Assembly (NCBI GenBank): GCA_965204375.1
Contig: OZ241986.1
Span: 2,496,001-2,560,000, forward strand
Direction of reading: 5' to 3'
DNA from: Candidatus Latescibacterota bacterium
GTDB taxonomy: Bacteria > Latescibacterota > UBA2968
DNA: 64,000 nucleotides
Position 1 is the stretch's first letter. Every line of letters starts with the position of its first letter. Position numbers and translations under genes: made by a program. Shown here one piece after another: positions 28,486 through 37,619 of the stretch. Below the pieces are notes generated by a model that was not told the origin of the DNA, did no database searches, and saw only the letters and a list, made by a program, of their open reading frames with translations.

Positions 28486-30792
28486 GTGAAAAAATTTTGT
28501 ACGCACAGTTTTTTGGTCCTCATTGTACTATTGAGCGGGCGCACAGGCGCTCAAGAAGGCCCGGTGATTCAAGAGATCCGCATTCGAGGTAATGATTGGG
28601 TCGAGACTTCTTTTATTGAATCTCAAAGCGGTTTATTCAAAGGGCAGAATCTGGCGGAAGGCGAAGCCGCGCGGGTAATTCGCAATCTCTACAAAAGCGG
28701 TCTGTTTTCCGACATCAAAATTTCTATAGATCGAGTGTCTGGCGGTGTAGCCGTTATTATTGATTTGAAAGCCGTACCGCGTTTGGGGGAGATGGTTTTT
28801 AAGGGCAATCGCGCAATAAAGGACAAGACACTAAAACGCGAATTGGAATTGACTAAAGGCCAGTTGATACAGCCGCGAGAAAAAAAGAGAGCGGTCAATA
28901 AACTGGTCGCGCTCTATCGGGAAAAAGGCTATTTGCTCGCCTCAGTGGATGTACAAGAAGAGGCGGTTGATGAAGATGGGCGACTGCCACTGACCTTTGA
29001 AATGCACGAAGGCGAAAAAGTCAATTTGAAAAAAATCCGTTTTCACGGCAACACGGCATTAACCGGAAAACAACTGCGCAAGCAAATGAAAGAAACCAAA
29101 CAAGACGGCTGGTGGTTTGGAGGAGGCAAATACAGCGAGGAAACCTATCCCGACGATAGAGAACTGGTTTTGGCCTTTTACCGGCAAAACGGATATCGGG
29201 AAGCGGCAATTGTATCCGATAGTTTGTCCTATGGCCCTGATAAAAAAAATATGTATCTCGATATCACTATCGAAGAAGGGCCACTTTATCGCTTTGGTGC
29301 AGTGAGTTGGTCGGGCAATGAAAAAATCACAGATGCGGGTTTTTCTCACTTTATTGTGGTCGATTCGGGCGCGGTTTACAACGAGGAGCGCGTCTTAAAA
29401 TCGCGAGAGCAGTTACAAAATGCCTATATGGATATCGGGCATATAGGCGCGCAGATTTTTCCGCAACAAAAACCCATTGAAGGTCAGGTCGTCAATGTGC
29501 ATTTTGACGTAGTCGAAAAAGATCCGTGGACCATTCGCAAAATTTTGATTACGGGCAATACCAAAACCAAAGACCGCGTGATTCGACGCGAGTTGCGCGT
29601 GCGCCCAGGCGATACATTTAGCCGCGCCCTTTTGGAGCGCAGCGTGCGCGAAGTCATGCAACTCAACTTTTTTACCAATGTTTTGCCCGAGCCTATCGCC
29701 GTAGAAGAAACATCAGAGATTGACCTCGAGTTTACCATAGAAGAGAAGTCAACGGGCACGGCGTCTATCGGGGCAGGGTATAGCGAACGCGACAAGCTGA
29801 TTGGTACTATTGGGTTGCAAATTCCCAATTTTAGAGGCAATGGACAACAACTCGATTTCCAGTGGGAATTTGGATCGCGCCGCGAAACCTTTAGAATAGG
29901 GTTTACCGAACCGTGGTTCCGCAACACCCCCACGAGTATATCCGCGTCGCTATTCCGAAGCACCATAAGACTGGCAACGGGTTATGGTGTAGCTGACTTT
30001 GATCAGCGCACAGAAGGCGGTGCATTTCGCCTCGGACGCAGGCTGCGCTGGCCCGATTATTCGCGCATTTCCGGAGGATATCGCCTTGAAAAGGTTGCGT
30101 TTATCCCATTTTCCGACAGTATAGATGTAAGCAATCCCTTTTACGAAGACAATATAACCAGCAGCATCAGTGCAAACTTGACCCGCGACAGCCGCGATTT
30201 GCCGATCTTTCCCACATCGGGCAGCGTGATCACTTATTCGCCTGCACTGGCCGGTGGATTCTTAGGCGGGAATAGAGATTTTCACAAGCACGATATTGTC
30301 ACGAGTTTTTACTTTCCCATATTCTGGCGATTGGCCTTAAATGTGCGGTCACAATTGGGCTTTATCGCCAGTTATGGCACCGAGCGCGTCCCGTATCAGG
30401 AATTGTACTCACCTGGCGGCGTTGACATTTTTGAAGGCACCATGTTGCGCGGTTATCCCGACCGCTCAATTGGTCCTCACGATAGTGGGGGAAATCCGAT
30501 TGGGGGTGTCGCGCAGTTGTTGTTTAACGCAGAGATCAGCATACCCATTGTGCCCAATCAGTTTTATGGTCTCATTTTTGCCGATGCGGGCAATGCTTGG
30601 AACAATCTGGACCGGATCAGCCTGACGGATATGCGTCGGTCAGCCGGTTTTGGCATCCGGATTGTAGCACCTGTGGTGGGTATTATGGGATTTGATTTTG
30701 CATGGGGATTTGACCGTCGGCATATTCATCCTCGGTATGGTCAGTCCGTACAGATGATGACGCATTTCCAATTTGGCCCGCAATTTTATTAG
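28486..30792 (+). CDS. bamA: Outer membrane protein assembly factor BamA
   Basis: POTRA repeats (GNTKTKDRVIRRE), LRGY motif, C-terminal FQFG; GTG start gives a signal peptide. Confidence 0.95.
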   Translation: MKKFCTHSFLVLIVLLSGRTGAQEGPVIQEIRIRGNDWVETSFIESQSGLFKGQNLAEGEAARVIRNLYKSGLFSDIKISIDRVSGGVAVIIDLKAVPRLGEMVFKGNRAIKDKTLKRELELTKGQLIQPREKKRAVNKLVALYREKGYLLASVDVQEEAVDEDGRLPLTFEMHEGEKVNLKKIRFHGNTALTGKQLRKQMKETKQDGWWFGGGKYSEETYPDDRELVLAFYRQNGYREAAIVSDSLSYGPDKKNMYLDITIEEGPLYRFGAVSWSGNEKITDAGFSHFIVVDSGAVYNEERVLKSREQLQNAYMDIGHIGAQIFPQQKPIEGQVVNVHFDVVEKDPWTIRKILITGNTKTKDRVIRRELRVRPGDTFSRALLERSVREVMQLNFFTNVLPEPIAVEETSEIDLEFTIEEKSTGTASIGAGYSERDKLIGTIGLQIPNFRGNGQQLDFQWEFGSRRETFRIGFTEPWFRNTPTSISASLFRSTIRLATGYGVADFDQRTEGGAFRLGRRLRWPDYSRISGGYRLEKVAFIPFSDSIDVSNPFYEDNITSSISANLTRDSRDLPIFPTSGSVITYSPALAGGFLGGNRDFHKHDIVTSFYFPIFWRLALNVRSQLGFIASYGTERVPYQELYSPGGVDIFEGTMLRGYPDRSIGPHDSGGNPIGGVAQLLFNAEISIPIVPNQFYGLIFADAGNAWNNLDRISLTDMRRSAGFGIRIVAPVVGIMGFDFAWGFDRRHIHPRYGQSVQMMTHFQFGPQFY

Positions 30793-30802
30793 CAATAAGG
30801 GG

Positions 30803-30867
30803 TCAGCTATCAGTGGTCGGGTTCCTCCTATACCCATAGATGGGAGGAGGGGCTAAAAGCTGAAAGC
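30803..30867. repeat. Small intergenic palindromic element
   Basis: tcagctatcag...ctaaaagctga arms around a tcctcc/ggagga inner stem. Confidence 0.4.
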
Positions 30868-30890
30868 TTTATTCACGGAGGGAATTTTTG

Positions 30891-31439
30891 ATGACACGCT
30901 GTCGCTTACTTTATGTCGCGCTATCTCTGGCACTAACTGGAATAGCCAGTACTGCCGGCGCGGAGCTAAAGCTGGGGTATATTGATTCGCAGAAAATTTT
31001 GGATCAATACAAGCCCTATCAAGATGCTCTAAGGGAATTTAACCGTTACGAAGAAGAACTCCAGCGCGAGATCAGCACCATGCAAAACGATCTGGCCAAA
31101 ATGCAGGATACCTATGAACGCCAATCTCTGCTTTTGAGTGACAAACGCAAACAAGAAGAGCAGCAGGCCATTTTGAAAAAACAGCAGGAACTACAGCGGT
31201 TTGTGCAAGATGCTACCTCTCCACAAGGCCGTCTCGCGCGCAAAACCGCGGAATTGTCCGAACCTATTATTCAAACGGTGAATGCGATTATCAAACAAGT
31301 GGCAGAAGACGAAGATTTTGATTTTGTGCTCAATTCGACTGCGCTGGCCTATGCGAAAGAGGCACACGATTTGACCGACAAGGTCCTCGAAGCCCTGACC
31401 AAAGATCTCGAGGCCAGGGCAAAAACCGAGGGACCATAA
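30891..31439 (+). CDS. skp: Periplasmic chaperone Skp/OmpH
   Basis: Signal peptide, KLGYIDSQKIL, coiled coil, DLTDKVL; follows bamA. Confidence 0.92.
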   Translation: MTRCRLLYVALSLALTGIASTAGAELKLGYIDSQKILDQYKPYQDALREFNRYEEELQREISTMQNDLAKMQDTYERQSLLLSDKRKQEEQQAILKKQQELQRFVQDATSPQGRLARKTAELSEPIIQTVNAIIKQVAEDEDFDFVLNSTALAYAKEAHDLTDKVLEALTKDLEARAKTEGP

Positions 31440-31470
31440 TAGATCATCTATATATGTTGTTTTTTCTTGA

Positions 31471-31510
31471 AAGTCTCTGATTTATCCCGCGGGGTGATCG
31501 GAGACTTTTT
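31471..31510 (+). terminator. Intrinsic terminator between skp and fabZ
   Basis: aagtctctgat/atcggagactt stem plus T run. Confidence 0.6.
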
Positions 31511-31532
31511 AATGTGAACATTGGAGGATGCC

Positions 31533-31970
31533 GTGACTCTGGACATTAGAGATATTGAAAAAATTCTTCCGCATCGTTACCCTTTTCTCCTAATAGATCG
31601 CGTAACAGAGTTGGTCCCCGGCGAGCGGCTGGTCGCGTACAAAAATGTGTCGGCTAATGAGCCGTTTTTCCAGGGGCATTTTCCCGGCAATCCAGTGATG
31701 CCGGGCGTGCTCATTATCGAAGCACTGGCTCAGGCCGCTGCAATTTTGATGAGTGATGGACAGGAGAGCGATTTGATCCCATTGTTTATGGGCATTGACA
31801 AGGCGCGTTTCCGAAGGCAAGTTGTGCCCGGAGATCAACTCCAGCTAAAAGTCGAAGTAGGACAAAAACGCCGCAATGTGTGCAAAGGGATTGGCGAAGC
31901 CACAGTGGATGGCGAAATCGCCGCACAGGCCGAATTGATGGCAATGTTTGCAAAACTCGAGAATCTATAG
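31533..31970 (+). CDS. fabZ: 3-hydroxyacyl-ACP dehydratase
   Basis: [34 protein letters not shown]; GTG start after GGAGG. Confidence 0.96.
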   Translation: MTLDIRDIEKILPHRYPFLLIDRVTELVPGERLVAYKNVSANEPFFQGHFPGNPVMPGVLIIEALAQAAAILMSDGQESDLIPLFMGIDKARFRRQVVPGDQLQLKVEVGQKRRNVCKGIGEATVDGEIAAQAELMAMFAKLENL

Positions 31971-32041
31971 CACGAACTCGCATGGACTTAATCAAAAAAC
32001 TCGGCCTCTATTGCCGAGTTTTTTGTCTTACCGCACACCTA

Positions 32042-33913
32042 TCATTTTTTTCTTTCCAAAACTTCCCATTCCTCAAATAAGCACTCCATTTTATTTTGGA
32101 CCTCCTCCTTTTCTCGCGCCAGTTCCTTCAGACGATGCCAGTCGGTGGCAAAGTCTTCCCGCGCCATTTCTGCAGCTATCTGATCGGACTGGTCCTCAAG
32201 TATTGCAATCGCTTCTTCTATTTCGGATAAACGGCGTTCCCGTCTTTGCTGCTGCCGCATTGCACGCTTGCGACTTTCATAGTCGGTTTGCGTTTTAGAT
32301 GCAGTCTGTACGATCGGTATTTCTACACCCTGCATCTGGCGCTGATAAGCATCGTAATTGCCATCTACCAATTGCCACTCTCCTTCGCCAAGCACAATCA
32401 GGCGATTGACCAGACGGTTGAGAAAATACCTATCGTGTGAAACCGCGATCACCGTTCCTGAAAAAGCATCAAGAGCACTTTCGAGCACATGGCAGGAGGC
32501 CATATCCAGATGGTTGGTGGGTTCGTCGAGCACCAGCAGATTGAGGGGCGCGCGCATGAGCTTGGCCAGGGCAACGCGACTTTGTTCTCCCCCACTGAGC
32601 GAACCCGTCTCACGCTCTACATCGTCCCCAGAAAAGAGAAACGCACCGAGAAAATTTCTAATCTCAACTTCTGGAACATTGGGCGTAAGTGACCAGATTT
32701 CTTCGAGAACGCTCAAATTGGGATTCAGGTCCTGACGGGTTTGCGCGTAATATCCAATCTCGAGACCTTTGCCCGGAATAACGCGCCCCGCGTCCGGTGC
32801 GAGTTGTTCCATAAAAATTTTCAAGAGTACGGATTTGCCCGAACCATTGGGACCTATAATGCCAAGGCGCTCGCCCCGCCACAACGTGAGATTGAGATCG
32901 GAAAATAGAGGGCAGTTAGGATATCCTTTGGTGAGATTCTCAACCTGTAAGACGCGATCTCCTCCCCGCGTGGTGGTGTTAAATCTGAGCACAATATCGC
33001 GTTGTTGCACAACGCGTTCTACGCGGTCGAGTTTTTCAAGTGCTCGGCGTCGGCTCTGCGCCTGTTTGGTCTTTTGTCCGGCGATATTTCGGCGGATATA
33101 CTCTTCGGTTCGCTCAATATGCGCTTGCTGCGCTCGGTAAGCTTTTTGCTGCTGTGCCCGGCGTTGTTCTTTTTCCTCAATATAGAAGGAATAGGTTCCC
33201 GAATACTGTTCGACCACGCCGCGTTCCATATCTACAATTTTGGTCACAGTGCGCTCGAGAAAAGTTCTGTCGTGAGAAATGATGACAAAAGCTTTGGCAT
33301 AATCCGAAAGAAAGTACTCGAGCCATTCTATAGCTTGTAGGTCGAGGTGGTTAGTGGGTTCGTCCAGAAGTAACAGATCGGGTTCTCTTGCGAGCAATTG
33401 AGCAAGGGCCAGGCGATTTTTCTGCCCGCCACTGAGCACTGGCGTTGGCAATTTCAGGTCGGTTTCGCAAAAACCAAGACCAAACAGAATGGCTTTGGCA
33501 CGGGCTTCTGTCGCATACCCTCCCATGTGCTCATACTGGTCGCGGAGATGCCCATAATCATTGAGCACAGCATCGGAATTTTCACCTTCAGCCATAATTT
33601 TTTCCAAGTCATGAAGGCGATGTTGCAAAGCCAGAATATCAGCAAAAGCATCGAGTGCCGCATCCATAACTGTGCATGCTGGATCAAATGTGGGTTCCTG
33701 TGTCAGAAATCCAATATTGAGACCGCGTTGTCTGTGAAGCTGCCCGCGGTCTGGCAGACTTTCTTCGGTTATGAGCCGAAGCAACGTGGTCTTACCGCAC
33801 CCATTGGGCCCGACAAGCCCGATGCGATCATCTGGATCAATTTGCCAATGAATACCAGTGAGCACATCGTGCGCGCCGAAGGATTTCCAGATATCTTCGA
33901 GTTGAATAATCAC
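32042..33913 (-). CDS. ABC-F family ATPase (Uup/YdiF-like)
   Basis: Two ABC domains (GPNGCGKT, GPNGSGKS, LDEPTNHLD twice), no TM, C-terminal coiled coil. Confidence 0.92.
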   Translation of the reverse strand: MIIQLEDIWKSFGAHDVLTGIHWQIDPDDRIGLVGPNGCGKTTLLRLITEESLPDRGQLHRQRGLNIGFLTQEPTFDPACTVMDAALDAFADILALQHRLHDLEKIMAEGENSDAVLNDYGHLRDQYEHMGGYATEARAKAILFGLGFCETDLKLPTPVLSGGQKNRLALAQLLAREPDLLLLDEPTNHLDLQAIEWLEYFLSDYAKAFVIISHDRTFLERTVTKIVDMERGVVEQYSGTYSFYIEEKEQRRAQQQKAYRAQQAHIERTEEYIRRNIAGQKTKQAQSRRRALEKLDRVERVVQQRDIVLRFNTTTRGGDRVLQVENLTKGYPNCPLFSDLNLTLWRGERLGIIGPNGSGKSVLLKIFMEQLAPDAGRVIPGKGLEIGYYAQTRQDLNPNLSVLEEIWSLTPNVPEVEIRNFLGAFLFSGDDVERETGSLSGGEQSRVALAKLMRAPLNLLVLDEPTNHLDMASCHVLESALDAFSGTVIAVSHDRYFLNRLVNRLIVLGEGEWQLVDGNYDAYQRQMQGVEIPIVQTASKTQTDYESRKRAMRQQQRRERRLSEIEEAIAILEDQSDQIAAEMAREDFATDWHRLKELAREKEEVQNKMECLFEEWEVLERKK

Positions 33914-34728
33914 CTTTTATCGCCCCTCGCGCTATTGAGCACCTGACGCAGATCTTCCGCAGATTGCCGAGCGGCGTCTGCGAAATCGATACCACTGGAA
34001 GCGTAGAGGATGCTGCGCGACGAATTGACGAGAATACCGCTGCCTTTTTTATCGAGACCATTTTGGACAATTGCATTAGTCTGACCGCCTTGCGTCCCGA
34101 CACCAGGCAAAAGGATGGGGAGGTCAGTGGCAATCGCGCGAACGGTTTTTAAGTCGTTGGGATGTGTTGCACCCACAACGAGACCACAGGGTCCTATTTC
34201 CGACCATTTCACAGCTTTTTGTGCGAGCACCTCATACAGCACGCCCTGGTCTGTGTTGAGGCGCAAAATATCAGCCGACCCGGGATTGGATGTGAGGCAC
34301 AAAAGAAAAGCACAGCCGTTTTGATAAGCCAAAAAGGGGGCAATAGCATCTGTTCCCATCAGAGGGTTGACAGTCACGGCATCAACGCCGAGTTGGCAAT
34401 ATGCCGTATATGCATAGTGTTCTGCTGTATTGCCAATGTCGCCAGCTTTGAAATCGAGTATAATTGGCATATCGTTGGGAATAGCATGGATCGCACCTTG
34501 AAGTGCCTCCCAACCCGCTATACCCTGCGCGCCAAAAAATGCAAAATTGGGTTTATAGGCGCACGCAATATCCCGTGTGGCGGCTATAATTTCTTTTAGA
34601 AAAGCGAGGGTGGGATTGGATTTCCCTTTGAGATGTTCGGGCAGCTTTGCCGAATCGGGATCGAGCCCCACGCACACAAAACTATCGTTGCGTTGTACTG
34701 TATTGCTGTATTTTTGTGAAAAGGACAT
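33910..34728 (-). CDS. pyrF: Orotidine-5'-phosphate decarboxylase
   Basis: CVGLDP, DFKAGDIGNT, TSNP, VVGAT, PGVGTQGG, NSSR. Confidence 0.95.
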   Translation of the reverse strand: MSFSQKYSNTVQRNDSFVCVGLDPDSAKLPEHLKGKSNPTLAFLKEIIAATRDIACAYKPNFAFFGAQGIAGWEALQGAIHAIPNDMPIILDFKAGDIGNTAEHYAYTAYCQLGVDAVTVNPLMGTDAIAPFLAYQNGCAFLLCLTSNPGSADILRLNTDQGVLYEVLAQKAVKWSEIGPCGLVVGATHPNDLKTVRAIATDLPILLPGVGTQGGQTNAIVQNGLDKKGSGILVNSSRSILYASSGIDFADAARQSAEDLRQVLNSARGDKR

Positions 34729-34747
34729 TCAATCTCTCCATTAAGCA

Positions 34748-34778
34748 AATGGCGGACCCCTCATGGGAATCCGCCGTT
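34748..34778 (-). terminator. Stem-loop downstream of rnpB
   Basis: aatggcgga/tccgccgtt arms. Confidence 0.5.
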
Positions 34779-34811
34779 ACTGAATAACACCGCTTCAGCA
34801 CATGCTTTGAA

Positions 34812-35181
34812 ACAAGCGGGCCTGTAAGCCGAGTTCTGTCGTTTGGTAGCCCAAACGGATGGTCATTTATCTGGGACGCCGGTTACCCGACGCCTCTTGC
34901 GGCCTACCCGAGCGTAATAGCGAGACGGGCTATCTCTTCGCTCCTATTCGGCCTTGCTCCAAATGGGGTTTACCGTGCCGCGCTCGTCGCCGAGTCGCGC
35001 GGTGGGCTCTTACCCCACCGTTTCACCCTTGCCCGTAGCGCGAAAAATCGCGCCCGCTGGCGGTCTGTTCTCTGTGGCACTTTCCATCGGGTCGCCCCGC
35101 CTGGGTGTTACCCAGCATTTTGCCCTGTGGAGCTCGGACTTTCCTCATCCCAAAAGGGACGCGACCATCCGGCCCACTTGT
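34812..35181 (-). ncRNA. rnpB: RNase P RNA (class A)
   Basis: Minus strand GAGGAAAGTCCGAGCTC ... AGTGCCACAGAGAA ... GGTAAACCCC ... ACAGAACTCGGCTTA; terminal P1 arms pair. Confidence 0.97.
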
Positions 35182-35188
35182 AATATTT

Positions 35189-35611
35189 TTATTTTTTAGA
35201 CGTGTCGGCACTGTCTTTTGTTGCAATGCCCTGGTTTGCCAACTGGTCGGCTTCTCTATTTTGCTCTCGGCGCACGTGTTTGATCTGAAAGCCGTCAAAA
35301 GTTCTACTCTGCGTTTGGGCGGTCTGATAAAGCGGCAAAAGTCCCCCACTTTTAACCTTGTAAGTCCCATTCATCTGGCGAACCACGAGTTCGCTGTCGG
35401 AAAATACTGTCACCCGGTTGGCTTTGAACTCTGCGGCTATTTCAAGGCCCTTGATCAGCGCGCGATACTCTGCGACATTGTTGGTCGTACAGCCGATATA
35501 TTCACAATATTCTTTGAGAACTTCTCCACCTGCTTCAATGCGAATACCAATGCCAGCATGCCCGGGATTGCCCCTGGATGCCCCGTCGATAAATAGGGTC
35601 AATTCGGTCAA
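35189..35611 (-). CDS. rnhA: Ribonuclease HI family protein
   Basis: DGASRGNPG, TNNVAEY, DSELV, HVRREQNREADQLAN. Confidence 0.88.
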   Translation of the reverse strand: MTELTLFIDGASRGNPGHAGIGIRIEAGGEVLKEYCEYIGCTTNNVAEYRALIKGLEIAAEFKANRVTVFSDSELVVRQMNGTYKVKSGGLLPLYQTAQTQSRTFDGFQIKHVRREQNREADQLANQGIATKDSADTSKK

Positions 35612-36330
35612 ACCTCAGCCTCTTCATCACTCCATACCAGAAGGCGACCACAGTTTTCGCAACGCATAATGCTATCGGCGCGTCTGACTTCCACCAGGCG
35701 TTGAGGGGATAATTGGCGATAACAGCCGCCACAGGCCCCTTTGCGAACGGGTACAATGGCAACACCACCTTTGACAACTCTGCGGATGCGATTGTACATG
35801 CTTAAAGGACTGCGTTCCACACCGGGTTCGATGGCTGATCGCTCCTTTTCCCAGGCACGCACATTTTTTTCTACAGAATTGAGTTTAACTGTCAATTCGT
35901 CAATGCGCCCTTGCCGGTCTTTTTCAATTTCCCGATAGTAATTCTCATCTTCTCGGAGTTTTTCCACAATTTTTTCAACTGTATCGATACTTTCCAAAAT
36001 GGCGGTTTCGTGTTGGTCTTTGCGATCATGGAGGGTTGCGATTTCGAGTTGCAAGGCATCGTATTCTTTGTTGGTCTTTACTTCATAGAGACGATCTTGA
36101 TGCTTTTTCAGATCTTCTTCAATTGCGCTGAGTTCCCTTTCAAGTGCCCGGCGATCTTTTTCGAGTTCTTCACTGCGCTGTTGTTGGGCGTCGAGTTGAT
36201 CGCGTGCATCTTGCAGTTCACCTTTGAGACTGTTGATTTCTTTGGGATAATCGGTTTGAGATTGGTGCAACGCGTTGATTTCTTTGTCGATTTCTTGAAG
36301 TTTCAGTAAATTAACCAAACTCTCTCTCAT
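35608..36330 (-). CDS. Coiled-coil C4 zinc-ribbon protein (DUF164/CT398-like)
   Basis: LLKLQEID, long coiled coil, CGGC...CENCGRLL; ATG 36330 with GAGGAG. Confidence 0.88.
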   Translation of the reverse strand: MRESLVNLLKLQEIDKEINALHQSQTDYPKEINSLKGELQDARDQLDAQQQRSEELEKDRRALERELSAIEEDLKKHQDRLYEVKTNKEYDALQLEIATLHDRKDQHETAILESIDTVEKIVEKLREDENYYREIEKDRQGRIDELTVKLNSVEKNVRAWEKERSAIEPGVERSPLSMYNRIRRVVKGGVAIVPVRKGACGGCYRQLSPQRLVEVRRADSIMRCENCGRLLVWSDEEAEV

Positions 36331-36361
36331 GCGCAGGTCTCCTCGTGAAACGTGAAAAGAA

Positions 36362-36391
36362 AAAGGTGCTACCCTGAACAGGTGCACCTTT
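36362..36391 (-). terminator. Terminator downstream of tRNA-Val
   Basis: Minus strand AAAGGTGC...GCACCTTT followed by TTCTTTT. Confidence 0.6.
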
Positions 36392-36449
36392 CTATGGTCG
36401 TGTTTGCTACAACTTGAACCTCTTGATCTGTTGACAAGAAGTTTTGGAA

Positions 36450-36526
36450 TGGTGGGCGATACTGGATTTGAACCAGTGACCTCCGGTATGTGAAACCGGC
36501 ACTCTAACCAACTGAGCTAATCGCCC
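36450..36526 (-). tRNA. tRNA-Val (anticodon CAC)
   Basis: GGGCGATTAGCTCAGTTGG...CCGGT-TTCACAT-ACCGG...GGTTCAAATCC...TCGCCCACCA; 77 nt with encoded CCA. Confidence 0.97.
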
Positions 36527-36677
36527 AATTTTGCAATAATACCGCACAGAACGGCCGACCTATTTTTAAAAAATTAAGAGAAGGACAGAAAGTTTTGCAA
36601 TGTATTTTAATTAACAAAAGATAGTTTGGGATGTCAAGCCCGATGTATCAAATCATGCCCTACCTACACCCCCGCAT

Positions 36678-37442
36678 TTACGCATTTTCTTTCAGTTGCA
36701 CAGTATCGGGCCGCTGACCTATTGATGGTGGAGCCATCAGGCGAACCTGTTGTGCAGTCAAATTTTCATAATCATCGACATTGTAATACGTATTTGCCCA
36801 CGATGAATGTCCGGGGCTGTATTTATACAGAAATGCGCGCCGCTCGTGATCAGCTGTCCACGGCATAGTTCCGTGTACCAACGCCTCTGTAAAAATCAAC
36901 GCATCTCCCGCATTCACTTCGGGCTGTACCACATAATGGGGTACCCGTTCATACTCCCGCACATCCTGTGGAATACTATTCAAAAAATTGGTCTTATGCG
37001 TGCCGGGAATACAACAAAACCCACCATCGCCTTTGCGTGCAGGTGTCGTAAAAAAGGTTACCACCGTCAACCCGGTTCGAATAACACCATCGCGGTATTT
37101 GTACCAATGATCACCCTCGCGCCCATTATCGCCCCCGTGTAACCGCCCTCGCTGCCCGCCCTTTTGCATAAAAATGCTATAATCGTGATCAATTCGCACC
37201 TTTGATCCCAAAAATTCCAGTAGATAGGGCATAATCTTCGGATGATCCAACAACTTCTGAAAAGGCATCCCCCACGTTGAGGGCCGTCCCACATTGCGAT
37301 ATTTGCCATCTACCTTTTTCATCTTCTCATCGGCAATCGCATTGAGTTCATCAACTTCCCGCTCTGACAATACATTTTTGATGACAATATAGCCATCTAA
37401 GTCAAATACGAACTTATCTTCAATATCCACCGATAACGGCAT
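36678..37442 (-). CDS. PhyH-family 2OG-Fe(II) oxygenase with an HxG motif
   Basis: DGYIVIKNVL, LHGG, IPGTHK, AGDALIFTEALVHG, ERR. Confidence 0.85.
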   Translation of the reverse strand: MPLSVDIEDKFVFDLDGYIVIKNVLSEREVDELNAIADEKMKKVDGKYRNVGRPSTWGMPFQKLLDHPKIMPYLLEFLGSKVRIDHDYSIFMQKGGQRGRLHGGDNGREGDHWYKYRDGVIRTGLTVVTFFTTPARKGDGGFCCIPGTHKTNFLNSIPQDVREYERVPHYVVQPEVNAGDALIFTEALVHGTMPWTADHERRAFLYKYSPGHSSWANTYYNVDDYENLTAQQVRLMAPPSIGQRPDTVQLKENA

Positions 37443-37619
37443 GCTTCACTCCTTTGGATAAGGACAGAAAATAATCGGAGTAAAAAAGATAACCACCTCA
37501 ATCACCCGCGTCAATGGAGTTCCTTAAACTGATACAGAATGCTTTGATCCTTGCCTATGTTGATAAACTGAAGTATTTTTTACAGGATATTTTGAATATT
37601 GGGCCTGAAGGAATGAGAC

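Noticed and set aside
35023-35596. ORFs of 115 aa (-) and 163 aa (+) over rnpB/rnhA
   Set aside because: They overlap the RNase P RNA and RNase HI and show no protein motifs
34812-36526. tRNA-zinc ribbon-RNase HI-rnpB cluster
   Set aside because: A commonly seen housekeeping arrangement
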